NCBI GenBank assembly: GCA_963713825.1
Contig: CAVQNG010000005.1
Location: 160,001 to 224,000 of the forward strand
DNA: 64,000 nt
Direction: 5' to 3'
DNA from: an uncultured Acidobacteriota bacterium
GTDB taxonomy: Bacteria > Acidobacteriota > Thermoanaerobaculia > Multivoradales > JAHEKO01
This document shows positions 17,653 to 26,417 of this stretch, piece by piece; position 1 is the first letter of the stretch; each line of letters starts with the position of its first letter. The notes beneath the pieces were generated by a model, which saw only the letters and a program-made list of their open reading frames with translations, was not told where the DNA came from and did not search any database. The translations under genes and the position numbers were made by a program.

Positions 17653-19332
17653 ATGACGCTGAAGAGGTCACAGGGCCAGACTTGGGGTATCGGATTGTGG
17701 CTCATGGCCACGGGAATCTCTGGTTTTGCCGCCGCGGCTGCTGATCTGCCGACCGCTATCGAGGAGAGGCTGTCCGGACCGATCTTGCCGCAGGTCAGAG
17801 AGTTCAGGGATTTCGAGCTCCTGTTCGGTGAGCTCTCGGCGTTTTACGAGCGTCGCGAATTCCGGCCGGCCTGGATCGAGAACCGACGACTGTCCGGGTC
17901 GGCTCGACGGGTTCTCGGCGTACTTGGAAGTGCTGAGGTGCACGGTCTTCGGTCAGGCGACTACCTGGCTGGCCCTTTGGCGACCGCAGGACCCCTGACC
18001 GCGAATGATACGGATTCGGCGGCCTTGGCCCTGATCGACATCGCCTTGACGGGGCAGACGATGCGCTACATCAAGGACCTTCACGCCGGTCGCTTTACCC
18101 CCAAGGATGTGAAGCTCGGTTTGGACATCCAGCACAAGGAGCTCGATCTCGCGTACGAGATGCAGAACCTATTGCAGGTTTCCGACGTGCAGGGGTTCCT
18201 CGAGTCCTACGCCCCTCGCCATCGGGGCTACGACAGGCTCAAGGAGCAGCTCGCTTACTACCGGAAGCTCGCCCAGGAGGACGACTGGCAACCCCTGGAC
18301 GATGCGAGAGTTCTCAAAGAGGGGGACGACTATCCTCAGGCAGACCGCTTGCGCCAGCGACTGGGATTGACGGGTGATCTGCCTCGAGCAACCAGCTCCG
18401 CGGCACCTATCTACGATGCGGAGCTGGCAGCCGCGGTCGCGCGCTTCCAAACCCGGCACGGTCTGGAACCCGACGCGATCATCGGTGAGAAGACCTTTGC
18501 GCAGCTCAATCGACCCTGGGGCGATCGCGTGGCGCAAATCGCGGTCAGCCTGGAACGCTGGCGTTGGGTTCCGGATGACACCGAAGACCGGCTGGTCGTC
18601 GTCAACGTGCCCTCTTTCTGGTTACGGGCGTTTGATGACATTCATCGACCCGAAATCAGTGCCGTCGATTCGCGGGTCGTCGTCGGCAAGACGTACAGCC
18701 AGTTCCGCACGCCCATCTTCAACGGCGTACTGCAGTATCTGGACTTTCGGCCCTACTGGAATATCCCCTGGAGCCTGGTGCAACGGGAGATCGCTCCTCA
18801 TCTCGACGAGCCCGGTTACCTGGACCAGCACGACTACGAGATCGTGCGCGAGTTCGGACACCATGCCCAGGGCTTGCCGGCAACCCGGGAGAACCTCGAG
18901 AAGGTGAAGCAGGGCAAGCTCTTGCTGCGGCAAAGGCCGGGACCCAAGAACGCTCTGGGGGAAGTGAAGTTCATCTTTCCCAACGAGCACAACGTCTATC
19001 TGCACAGCACGCCCGCCAAGACCCTGTTCGCGAAATCGAGGCGCGACTTCAGCCACGGTTGTATCCGCGTCGCGGATCCGGTCGGGCTGGCGGAGTGGAT
19101 GCTCTCTGATCAGCCTGATTGGGATCGCCAGGCCATCGAGCGCGCGATGGGGAAGGGGGCGCCGACAAGAGTGCCGATTACTCAGCGCACCCCGGTGTGG
19201 ATTCTCTACGTCACCTCGTTGGTGGATTCGAAGAGCGGAGATCTCTACTTCTGGGATGATATCTATGGCTTGGACAAAGCGCTTGCTGAGGCGCTAGGAC
19301 ATGACCTCCGCAGTCTTTTGGCGACAAACTAG
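17653..19332 (+). CDS. L,D-transpeptidase of the YcbB/LdtD type with peptidoglycan-binding domain
   Basis: FQTRHGLEPDAIIG PG-binding motif; RQRPGPKNALGEVKFIFPN; YLHSTP...SHGCIRV catalytic motif. Confidence 0.94.
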   Translation: MTLKRSQGQTWGIGLWLMATGISGFAAAAADLPTAIEERLSGPILPQVREFRDFELLFGELSAFYERREFRPAWIENRRLSGSARRVLGVLGSAEVHGLRSGDYLAGPLATAGPLTANDTDSAALALIDIALTGQTMRYIKDLHAGRFTPKDVKLGLDIQHKELDLAYEMQNLLQVSDVQGFLESYAPRHRGYDRLKEQLAYYRKLAQEDDWQPLDDARVLKEGDDYPQADRLRQRLGLTGDLPRATSSAAPIYDAELAAAVARFQTRHGLEPDAIIGEKTFAQLNRPWGDRVAQIAVSLERWRWVPDDTEDRLVVVNVPSFWLRAFDDIHRPEISAVDSRVVVGKTYSQFRTPIFNGVLQYLDFRPYWNIPWSLVQREIAPHLDEPGYLDQHDYEIVREFGHHAQGLPATRENLEKVKQGKLLLRQRPGPKNALGEVKFIFPNEHNVYLHSTPAKTLFAKSRRDFSHGCIRVADPVGLAEWMLSDQPDWDRQAIERAMGKGAPTRVPITQRTPVWILYVTSLVDSKSGDLYFWDDIYGLDKALAEALGHDLRSLLATN

Positions 19333-19377
19333 GCTCGAGAGGTCAGTCGAATAGAGACCTCGGAGCAACGCCTGAGG

Positions 19378-19413
19378 AAACGGCCACCGGCGACGGAAGT
19401 CACCGGTGGCCGT
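19378..19413. terminator. Hairpin between the convergent L,D-transpeptidase and cytochrome genes
   Basis: ACGGCCACCGGCGAC-GGAA-GTCACCGGTGGCCGT. Confidence 0.65.
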
Positions 19414-19438
19414 CTGGCCTCTAGCTACGATCTGACGA

Positions 19439-20896
19439 CTAGTCCTTGCCGTAGCGGCTCTTGAATTCCTCCTGAGCTGCTTTTCGCTTCTCCCGCTCCT
19501 CGGGACTCAGATTGCCGGTGTACCAGGCATGCTCTGGTCGTGCCAGGAGCTCCTCGATCGCGGCGGCGAGCTTGGTGCCACCGGCCACGATAGCCGGGTC
19601 CTCGGAGTGAAGGCTCTTTTCAGCGATTTCCTTCAATTCGGGTATGAACTTGGAGTACCAGTGCTTGGCCACTTCGTAAAGACCATGCCAATGGGTGTAG
19701 TCGGGCGCCATCATCGAAGCGCCGTGGCGCGCGACCCGGCCTTCATGGTGCCAGATCTCCCACCAGGTCCACTCCACATCCTCGTCGAATGGGACCTCGG
19801 TGATCAGTCCGTTCTCCTTGAGGAGTTTCATGAATGCAATGCCCGGGCTGGCGAACTTGGAGTTGTAGAGCTCGACAACGCCGTCGTACTGCTCGTAGAA
19901 GTTCTCGACGTAGGGGCCGGTATGGCAGACCGTGCAGACTTCCACCATATTGGCCCGACGCTCTTTCCAACCCACCTGGGCCATCTTTTCGAGCCCAAGC
20001 TTCGCATCGGAGATCTCGGGGCGAATCGACGCTGGCGGACGGTTGTTCCAGCTGATCCTGAGGCCCACGTCATGCGTCACCGGTACCAGCTTGCCGCTGG
20101 AGGTGCGCACAGCCGACATATGGCAGGTGGCGCATGTGGGAGCATCGGTGTAGTCCTCGCCGAGAACCCACTTGGAGCTGTCTAGGTTGAGGTCGTCTTG
20201 ATGCGCCTCGTAGGCGATGCCGTGCTTCGACTCCTCGTAGATTTCCTTCTGAGGGTGGTCGGGTCCCAAGTGACACTTGCCGCAGTTCTCGGGGCGACGA
20301 GCCTGCTCCGCGGAGAAGGCGTGCCGCTGATGGCAAGCGGTGCAGGCACCGTGGGAGCCATCGGGATTGACCCTGCCCATGCCGGTGTTGGGCCAGCCTG
20401 TCGGCGCCAGGGAGCCGTCTTCGTTGACCTCGACCACACCGCCATGGCACTGCTTGCAACCGCTGACGGTCAAGGCAGAGCCGCCATAGAAGTTGGTGTC
20501 GCCTTCGACGATATCGGCCAAGAAGTTGTCAAGGGAACCGAGGATGAGGCCCGCCTTGGCGTGGTGACTCTCGTCGAACTCGGTGACCTCTTTCTCGTGG
20601 CATCGGGCGCAGTCCTGCGGTGAGACGATGATGCTGATCTGATAGCCGGAGTGCTCGAATGCGTCAGGATCCCCGGCCTCCGCCTTGTGGCACTCATAGC
20701 AGCCGATGTTGCCGCGGTAGTGCTTCGAGGAACCCCACTGCTGATAGATGCCGGCTGTCTCGGACGCGTGGCACTCGAGGCACTCGAGCGATACGTCCGA
20801 CATGCTCGTCGGTGTCGTCTTCTGTGCCATCCCCACCGCAGCCACCATGAACCCAAGACAGATGACGACGAGGGACCGTCGTGTAGCTGTGCTCAT
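19439..20896 (-). CDS. Octaheme cytochrome c of the hydroxylamine oxidoreductase (HAO/epsilon-HAO) family
   Basis: Eight CxxCH motifs (CLECH, CYECH, CARCH, CKQCH, CTACH, CGKCH, CATCH, CTVCH); GPDHPQKEIYEESKHG; PDYTHWHG; signal peptide. Confidence 0.92.
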   Translation of the reverse strand: MSTATRRSLVVICLGFMVAAVGMAQKTTPTSMSDVSLECLECHASETAGIYQQWGSSKHYRGNIGCYECHKAEAGDPDAFEHSGYQISIIVSPQDCARCHEKEVTEFDESHHAKAGLILGSLDNFLADIVEGDTNFYGGSALTVSGCKQCHGGVVEVNEDGSLAPTGWPNTGMGRVNPDGSHGACTACHQRHAFSAEQARRPENCGKCHLGPDHPQKEIYEESKHGIAYEAHQDDLNLDSSKWVLGEDYTDAPTCATCHMSAVRTSSGKLVPVTHDVGLRISWNNRPPASIRPEISDAKLGLEKMAQVGWKERRANMVEVCTVCHTGPYVENFYEQYDGVVELYNSKFASPGIAFMKLLKENGLITEVPFDEDVEWTWWEIWHHEGRVARHGASMMAPDYTHWHGLYEVAKHWYSKFIPELKEIAEKSLHSEDPAIVAGGTKLAAAIEELLARPEHAWYTGNLSPEEREKRKAAQEEFKSRYGKD

Positions 20897-20971
20897 CAGG
20901 TCTCCTTTCCCTGGCTGGAATTGATTCGACGCTGAGAGTCGTCTAGTCGTGTGCCCTCTCAGCGGGTGTTG

Positions 20972-22198
20972 CTATATCTTGAACGATGTCCAAACCCAGA
21001 TCTTGCTCACGTCGACGGAGAATTCATCGGCGTTGTAGAACGCACCCTTGAGGCCGAAACCCTGCCTCCAGGGCGCCGTGTAGCCCAGATTGAAGTCGAA
21101 CTCATCCCCGTACTTGGCACCACCCGTATCGGCACCGAACGAGTGGTAGACGACGGTCCAAGCCATCGGGCCGAACTTCCCGTTCAGTTGCAAGAAGAGA
21201 TCCTGCAGTCCATTCGTCGGCGTGTTGAGGAAGCGGTCGGCCCAACCGTTGAACTTGTGCAAGGTAGCCAGCGGCGTCCTGAACTGGCCATCGGACTCAC
21301 TGCCGCCGAGCACCTCGTAGCCGAGCTTGACGGTCAGCGGTTTGAAGGCCCCGCCGGCCATCAGAAAGTAGTAGGAAGCGTCGATGGAGTTGGGGTTGTC
21401 AGCGTAGTCGCCTTGTTGAGCGTACTCGAGCTCGTACAGGACGGAGGTATTGTCGCTTACAGCGTACTTGCCAGCGAACTCGGCTCCCCAAGTCGAGGTC
21501 GAGTTACCGTAGCTGTCGATCTGGGTGTAGTCGAGCCAGTATGCGTAGGGTGTCAGCTTGCCGACGTCGCCGAGCTTGACTCCGACATTGAGCAGATGAC
21601 TCGACATGTCGGCGACTGCGCCGGTGATCCGATTCACCTTGCTCACGTAGCTGTAGAAGACGTCGACCCGCTGGAGTGAGTTGTTGGCGAAGGTGAACGC
21701 GTCGAAGGACTGATGGTTCTGGCGCCAGCCGACGTTACCGACAAACCGGGCATCACCGACGATGATCTCTTCACGGCCCAGCTGCAACTTGTTGTCGGTG
21801 TTCTGCCATTGGAGGTAGGCCTGGTTGATTTCGGTGAGTGCCGGATCTGCGACCGTCGGCCTGTCCGTCACCCCGTTACTCAAAGAGCCGTATCCGGCAT
21901 TCCGGTAGAGGTCGTTGCCGATGACCGTGATGTTCTCGGCTTCGACCAGGAAGCTGAGTCCTTTCCAGGCCCCAGACTTGTAGCCGAGGGCGGTGCGAAG
22001 TGTGGAAGCATGAGCCGGCTTGTCGAAGCTATCGTCCTCCTCCACGTTCTCGTACCGATAGCGAAAATTGAGAATGGGCTTGCCCTTGGTGACCGCGTCG
22101 GCAAGTGTAAGTTCCTCTTGCTCCTCCTCGGCGGCCAGCGGCATTGCAGGAACCATCAGCAGTGCCAACAGGACACCGCACAACAGTAGGCGCGTCAT
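20972..22198 (-). CDS. Alginate-export-family outer-membrane beta-barrel porin
   Basis: Signal peptide; RYRYENV, RFVGNVGWRQNHQSFD and TPLATLHKFNGWAD; aromatic C-terminal strand. Confidence 0.87.
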   Translation of the reverse strand: MTRLLLCGVLLALLMVPAMPLAAEEEQEELTLADAVTKGKPILNFRYRYENVEEDDSFDKPAHASTLRTALGYKSGAWKGLSFLVEAENITVIGNDLYRNAGYGSLSNGVTDRPTVADPALTEINQAYLQWQNTDNKLQLGREEIIVGDARFVGNVGWRQNHQSFDAFTFANNSLQRVDVFYSYVSKVNRITGAVADMSSHLLNVGVKLGDVGKLTPYAYWLDYTQIDSYGNSTSTWGAEFAGKYAVSDNTSVLYELEYAQQGDYADNPNSIDASYYFLMAGGAFKPLTVKLGYEVLGGSESDGQFRTPLATLHKFNGWADRFLNTPTNGLQDLFLQLNGKFGPMAWTVVYHSFGADTGGAKYGDEFDFNLGYTAPWRQGFGLKGAFYNADEFSVDVSKIWVWTSFKI

Positions 22199-22312
22199 GA
22201 ATCTCTTCTCCCTTCGTGAAGATCTCAAAGCTAACAGAGACAGGATTCCCGGGCCGTCGATCGGACTCGGGCTGTCGCTGGGACCGTCAGCTGTCAGTCT
22301 CCAGTCTAGAGA

Positions 22313-22329
22313 TGCAACGGGCACACCTG
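22313..22329 (-). promoter_or_regulatory. Possible sigma54 (-24/-12) promoter for the porin-cytochrome pair
   Basis: Minus strand CAGGTGTGCCCGTTGCA has GG-N10-GC with TTGCA, but the -24 element is imperfect. Confidence 0.3.
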
Positions 22330-22350
22330 TATGACGGTGATCAGCTCAAT

Positions 22351-22444
22351 GGGCTTGGGGGTTGAGGCGTTCGGACTCCGTCCGACCGGTCGTTGAGGGC
22401 TTGGGGTTGAGCTGGCCGCACTTCGTGTCGGCCCGCCCCTGAGG
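22351..22444. repeat. Two tandem REP-like hairpin units (locus D) just after the pepP stop
   Basis: GGGCTTGGGGGTTGAGGCGTTCGG-ACTCCGT-CCGACCGGTCGTTGAGGGCTTGGGGTTGAGCTGGCCG-CACTTCGTG-TCGGCC. Confidence 0.85.
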
Positions 22445-22453
22445 CAGCGGGGT

Positions 22454-23842
22454 TTACGTTGTCGTGAGCTTCTCGACGTCTTCGACGGTCTTCGGGATGG
22501 GCTCGCCCAAAACTCGGTGGCCGTCTGCTGTCACCAGAACATCGTCCTCGATCCTCACGCCTCCGAAGTCCTTCCAGGAGTCGAGCTTCTCGTATTCGAT
22601 GAAGTCGGGGTGGCGATTTTCCTCGCGCCACTGGTCGATGAGGTCGGGAATGAAGTAGAGGCCGGGCTCAATGGTCACGACGAAGCCCGGTTTGAGGGCC
22701 CTTGCCAGACGCAGGGAGCGGCGCCCGAACTGGGGACTCCGCTCGGCCTCATCGCCATAGCCGACCAGGTCCTCGCTGAGGCCTTCCATGTCGTGCACGT
22801 CCAACCCCATCATGTGGCCGAGACCGTGTGGGAAGAACAGGGCATGGGCCCCCGCAGTCACAGACTCCTCGACACTACCCTTCATGAGGCCCAGCTCCTG
22901 CAGGCCTTCGGTAAGCCGCTTGCAGGCCAGCAGATGGACATCCTCGAACCGGGTCTCGGGCTCGACAGCTGCGATCGAGTCCATCTGAGCCCGCAGGACG
23001 GTTTCGTAGACCTGTTTCTGTCGATCGTCGAACGGGGCGCCGATCGGGAAGGACCTCGTAATGTCGCTGGCATAGTGAGTCTGGGAATTGGCACCGGCAT
23101 CCAGAATCACCACATCCCCCGTTTCGAGCGTGTTGCCGTGCTTGTGGTTGTGGAGGACCTCGCCGTGCTTCGAGAAGATGATCGGAAAAGCCAGCGCCGA
23201 GCCGTGACTGCTGACCAGCCCATCAATCGCCCCAACCACCTCTTGCTCCTTCATCCCCGGTCGGCTCATGCGCATGGCCAGGACGTGCATGTCGGCGGCC
23301 ACAGCAAGAGCCTTCTCGATCTCGGTCACCTCCTCGTCGGTCTTCAACAATCGCTGCTCGACGACCGCACGGATCAACTCCCTGGAGACACATTGCGCGA
23401 CATCGGAGCTCGGGATTTTGAGCAGTGTCTCGGTTTTGAGGATGGCTTCGGCTCGGCTGGGAGGTAGGAAGTGAACACTGCGCCCCATGTCGGTTCCTGC
23501 GCCGACAACGACCTCGAGCTTCGATAGCGGCTGGCAGTCGGCGACACCCACCTGTGCACCCAGCTCGGCCAGGGTTGGCTGTGGTCCGGTCCAGACGATC
23601 TCCTCGAGGCTGGCGTCGTCACCGAACAGCGACGCTGTGTCACTGTCGACGTCGATCAGACCTGCCAGGCCGGGGGAATCGATGCCGAAGTAGTAGAGAA
23701 ACGAGCTGTCTTGACGAAACGGGTAGGGGTTGTCCGCATAGTTCATCGGGCTCTCGTCATGGCCGAGGAATAGAATGAGTCCGGAGCCCATGGCCTCCAT
23801 CAAATGACGGCGCCGCTCGATGTAGGTCTCTGTTGCCAGCAT
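22454..23842 (-). CDS. pepP: Xaa-Pro aminopeptidase (aminopeptidase P, M24B)
   Basis: FRQDSSFLYYFG, YASDITR, HGLGHMMGLDVHD, TIEPGLYF, GGVRIEDD. Confidence 0.93.
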   Translation of the reverse strand: MLATETYIERRRHLMEAMGSGLILFLGHDESPMNYADNPYPFRQDSSFLYYFGIDSPGLAGLIDVDSDTASLFGDDASLEEIVWTGPQPTLAELGAQVGVADCQPLSKLEVVVGAGTDMGRSVHFLPPSRAEAILKTETLLKIPSSDVAQCVSRELIRAVVEQRLLKTDEEVTEIEKALAVAADMHVLAMRMSRPGMKEQEVVGAIDGLVSSHGSALAFPIIFSKHGEVLHNHKHGNTLETGDVVILDAGANSQTHYASDITRSFPIGAPFDDRQKQVYETVLRAQMDSIAAVEPETRFEDVHLLACKRLTEGLQELGLMKGSVEESVTAGAHALFFPHGLGHMMGLDVHDMEGLSEDLVGYGDEAERSPQFGRRSLRLARALKPGFVVTIEPGLYFIPDLIDQWREENRHPDFIEYEKLDSWKDFGGVRIEDDVLVTADGHRVLGEPIPKTVEDVEKLTTT

Positions 23843-24098
23843 TAGATTTCCCTCCCTTTAAATCCGGCAGGTTCCCCCTGCCCAATCAGCAAACCCTTCG
23901 AATCAAATCAGCCGAGTCCGGCTCGCAGTTTCAAACCTAGGCGGGACATGCGAAGTCTATACAATCAGCCTCTGAGATGTGCAGCAAGTGCAAGGCTTTG
24001 GGAACGGCTCGCCAAGCACTGGACAGGGGTCGGATCGAGGCCGAGATTGTCGGCGAGAGGGTGCGAGTGCAGGTAGCCGAGATGGGTAGTGTAGAGCG

Positions 24099-25055
24099 AT
24101 GACCGGGAACCTCTTGCCGCCAGCGATCGATGTCGTGGACTCCCATACAGAAGGGGAGCCGACTCGGGTGGTCATCGATGGCTGGCCGTCCTGTGAGGGT
24201 GAGTCGATGCGGGCTCGTCGGGATTTTCTCGAGGCTCATCACGACCATCTGAGGCGGGCCGTGGTCTGTGAGCCACGCGGCCATGATGCCATCGTCGGGG
24301 CCGTATTGACCCCGCCGGTGGAGGAGGGCTCCCTGGCAGGAGTGATCTTCTTCAACAATGTCGGATATCTCGGCATGTGTGGCCACGGGCTGATAGGAGT
24401 CGTGCGAACACTTGCTGATCTGGACCGACTCGAGAGCAACCATATCCGTCTCGACACGCCAGTGGGCCAGGTGGCCGCCGAGCTTGGCGACGATGGCACG
24501 ATTACCATCGAAAACGTCCCCGCTCGATGCCACTCTCTGGACGTCGAGGTCGATGTGCCGGACCTGGGTCGGCTCGTGGGCGATGTAGCCTGGGGTGGGA
24601 ACTGGTTCTTTCTCGCCCATCTCGAAGGCCACTCCCTCGACCTGGACAACGTCGGCCGCCTGCTGGTGACCACCTCGAGAATTCGCTCTCGGCTCGATGA
24701 GCTCGGTCTAGCCGGCGAGGGCGAGGTGATCGATCATGTCGAGCTTTTCGGCCCGCCGAAGCGTGAGGATGCGGACAGTCGGAATTTCGTGCTCTGCCCG
24801 GGCGGTGAGTACGACCGGTCGCCCTGTGGCACCGGTACCTCGGCCAAGATGGCTGTTCTCCACGCGCGGGGTGAGTTGGCGGTCGGCGAGCTTTGGCGTC
24901 AGGAGAGCATCACCGGCAGCCGCTTTGTGGGTTGGCTTTCCGAGGCGGGGAACGAGTTGATTCCGCACATTCGCGGTCGGGCCTTTGTCACGGCTCGGAC
25001 CACCCTTCTTTTCGACCCCGACGACTTCTTCCGCGAAGGCTTCAGCGCCCGGTGA
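24099..25055 (+). CDS. 4-hydroxyproline 2-epimerase (proline racemase family)
   Basis: DSHTEGEPTR, GMCGHG and DRSPCGTGTSAK with both catalytic Cys; adjacent D-hydroxyproline dehydrogenase-like genes. Confidence 0.9.
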   Translation: MTGNLLPPAIDVVDSHTEGEPTRVVIDGWPSCEGESMRARRDFLEAHHDHLRRAVVCEPRGHDAIVGAVLTPPVEEGSLAGVIFFNNVGYLGMCGHGLIGVVRTLADLDRLESNHIRLDTPVGQVAAELGDDGTITIENVPARCHSLDVEVDVPDLGRLVGDVAWGGNWFFLAHLEGHSLDLDNVGRLLVTTSRIRSRLDELGLAGEGEVIDHVELFGPPKREDADSRNFVLCPGGEYDRSPCGTGTSAKMAVLHARGELAVGELWRQESITGSRFVGWLSEAGNELIPHIRGRAFVTARTTLLFDPDDFFREGFSAR

Positions 25056-26167
25056 CGGCCCGCCACGAAGCATTGATCGTAGGTGGCGGCATCGTGGGGG
25101 CGGCCTGTGCCCTCCATCTGGCCCAGCGAGGTTTACGTCCGCTGGTGCTGGAGTCGGATTTCGTGGGGTCCGGTGCGACTGCCGCGGGCATGGGCCACCT
25201 GACGGTCATGGACGACTCCCCATCGCAGTTCGCCCTGAGCTCCCATTCGTGCAGGCTTTGGTCCGACCTGGCTGAAGAGCATGGCCAGAGCTGGGAAGAC
25301 GACCCCTGCGGCACGCTGTGGGTAGCGGCGGACGAGGAGGATCTGTCGCTCGTCGCCTCCAAGGCTGCCTTCTACAGGGACCAGGGACTACTGGCCGAGG
25401 AATTGTCGGCCGATGAGCTTCTCCGCGTGGAGCCGGAGCTTCGGCCTGGTCTTGGTGGAGGCCTTCTGGTGCCGGGCGATCGCGTCATCTATGCCCCGAA
25501 GGCGGTCCGCTGGCTGATGGATCAGGCGGTAGCCCACGGTGCCGAGGTCAGGGAGGGGATCCGGGTCGAGTCTCTGGAAGACCGAAGGGCCGTCTGCGAT
25601 TCTGGCTCTTTCGAGGCCGATGTGGTCATTCTCGCCGCTGGTACGCACTCGACTCGGATGCTGCCGTCTCTTCCCCTCGAGCCGCGAAAAGGGCATCTGG
25701 TGATCACGGATCGGTATCCAGGCTTTTGTCGCCACCAGATTCTCGAGCTGGGCTATCTGAAGAGCGCTCATGAGATGAGCAGTGAATCGGTGGCCTTCAA
25801 CGTGCAGCCGCGGGCGACCGACCAGGTGCTCATCGGCTCCTCGAGGGAGCTGGTGGGTTGGAACAACGACATCAACCGCGATCTGGTCGATGCCATGGTC
25901 GAGAGGGCTGTCGAGTACATGCCACGGCTTGCGGCGCTGTCGGTGCTCCGGATCTGGACCGGTTTTCGGCCTGCCTCGCGAGACAATCTACCGTTCATCG
26001 GACGCTGGGAACCCATCGATGGGCTGTGGATTGCCGCCGGACACGAGGGCCTGGGCATCACGACCTCTCTGGCCACGGGAGAGCTGCTGGCCGATCTGAT
26101 CGTCGGTCGGCAGCCGGCTCTCGATCCAGGTCCTTTCGATCCCATGCGCGTCGTTGGAGAACTCTAG
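25052..26167 (+). CDS. FAD-dependent D-amino acid oxidase-family protein; probable D-hydroxyproline dehydrogenase beta subunit (LhpB-like)
   Basis: GTG overlaps the upstream TGA; GGGIVG, GATAAGMGH, GHEGLGITT. Confidence 0.87.
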   Translation: MTARHEALIVGGGIVGAACALHLAQRGLRPLVLESDFVGSGATAAGMGHLTVMDDSPSQFALSSHSCRLWSDLAEEHGQSWEDDPCGTLWVAADEEDLSLVASKAAFYRDQGLLAEELSADELLRVEPELRPGLGGGLLVPGDRVIYAPKAVRWLMDQAVAHGAEVREGIRVESLEDRRAVCDSGSFEADVVILAAGTHSTRMLPSLPLEPRKGHLVITDRYPGFCRHQILELGYLKSAHEMSSESVAFNVQPRATDQVLIGSSRELVGWNNDINRDLVDAMVERAVEYMPRLAALSVLRIWTGFRPASRDNLPFIGRWEPIDGLWIAAGHEGLGITTSLATGELLADLIVGRQPALDPGPFDPMRVVGEL

Positions 26168-26171
26168 CTGG

Positions 26172-26417
26172 ATGCCGAAGATCGCTATCCGTATCAACGG
26201 ACGTCGCGTCGAGACCGACCCGGGCAGCAGCGTTGCGGCAGCGCTGATCAATGAAGGAGTCTGGGGGTTCAGAAGCTCGACGCAGGGTGAGATCCGAGGC
26301 CCGCTCTGTGCAATGGGCATCTGTTTCGAATGTCGAGTCACGATCGATGGCGATGCCCACCGCAGGGCCTGCATGGAGATCTGTCGTCCGGACATGGAGG
26401 TGGCGACGGATGACTGA
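26172..26417 (+). CDS. 2Fe-2S subunit (LhpE/HcnA-like)
   Basis: CAMGICFECRVTIDG...RAC. Confidence 0.88.
   Translation: MPKIAIRINGRRVETDPGSSVAAALINEGVWGFRSSTQGEIRGPLCAMGICFECRVTIDGDAHRRACMEICRPDMEVATDD

Noticed and set aside
22310-22328. NsrR/Rrf2 operator upstream of the porin-cytochrome genes (AGATGCA-N5-CACACCT)
   Set aside because: Half-site spacing and the second half-site fit the consensus poorly; the same bases fit a weak sigma54 site at least as well
2187-22444. REP-like doublets as mini CRISPR arrays
   Set aside because: Only two units per locus, the variable parts are palindromic and reused between loci, and there are no cas genes
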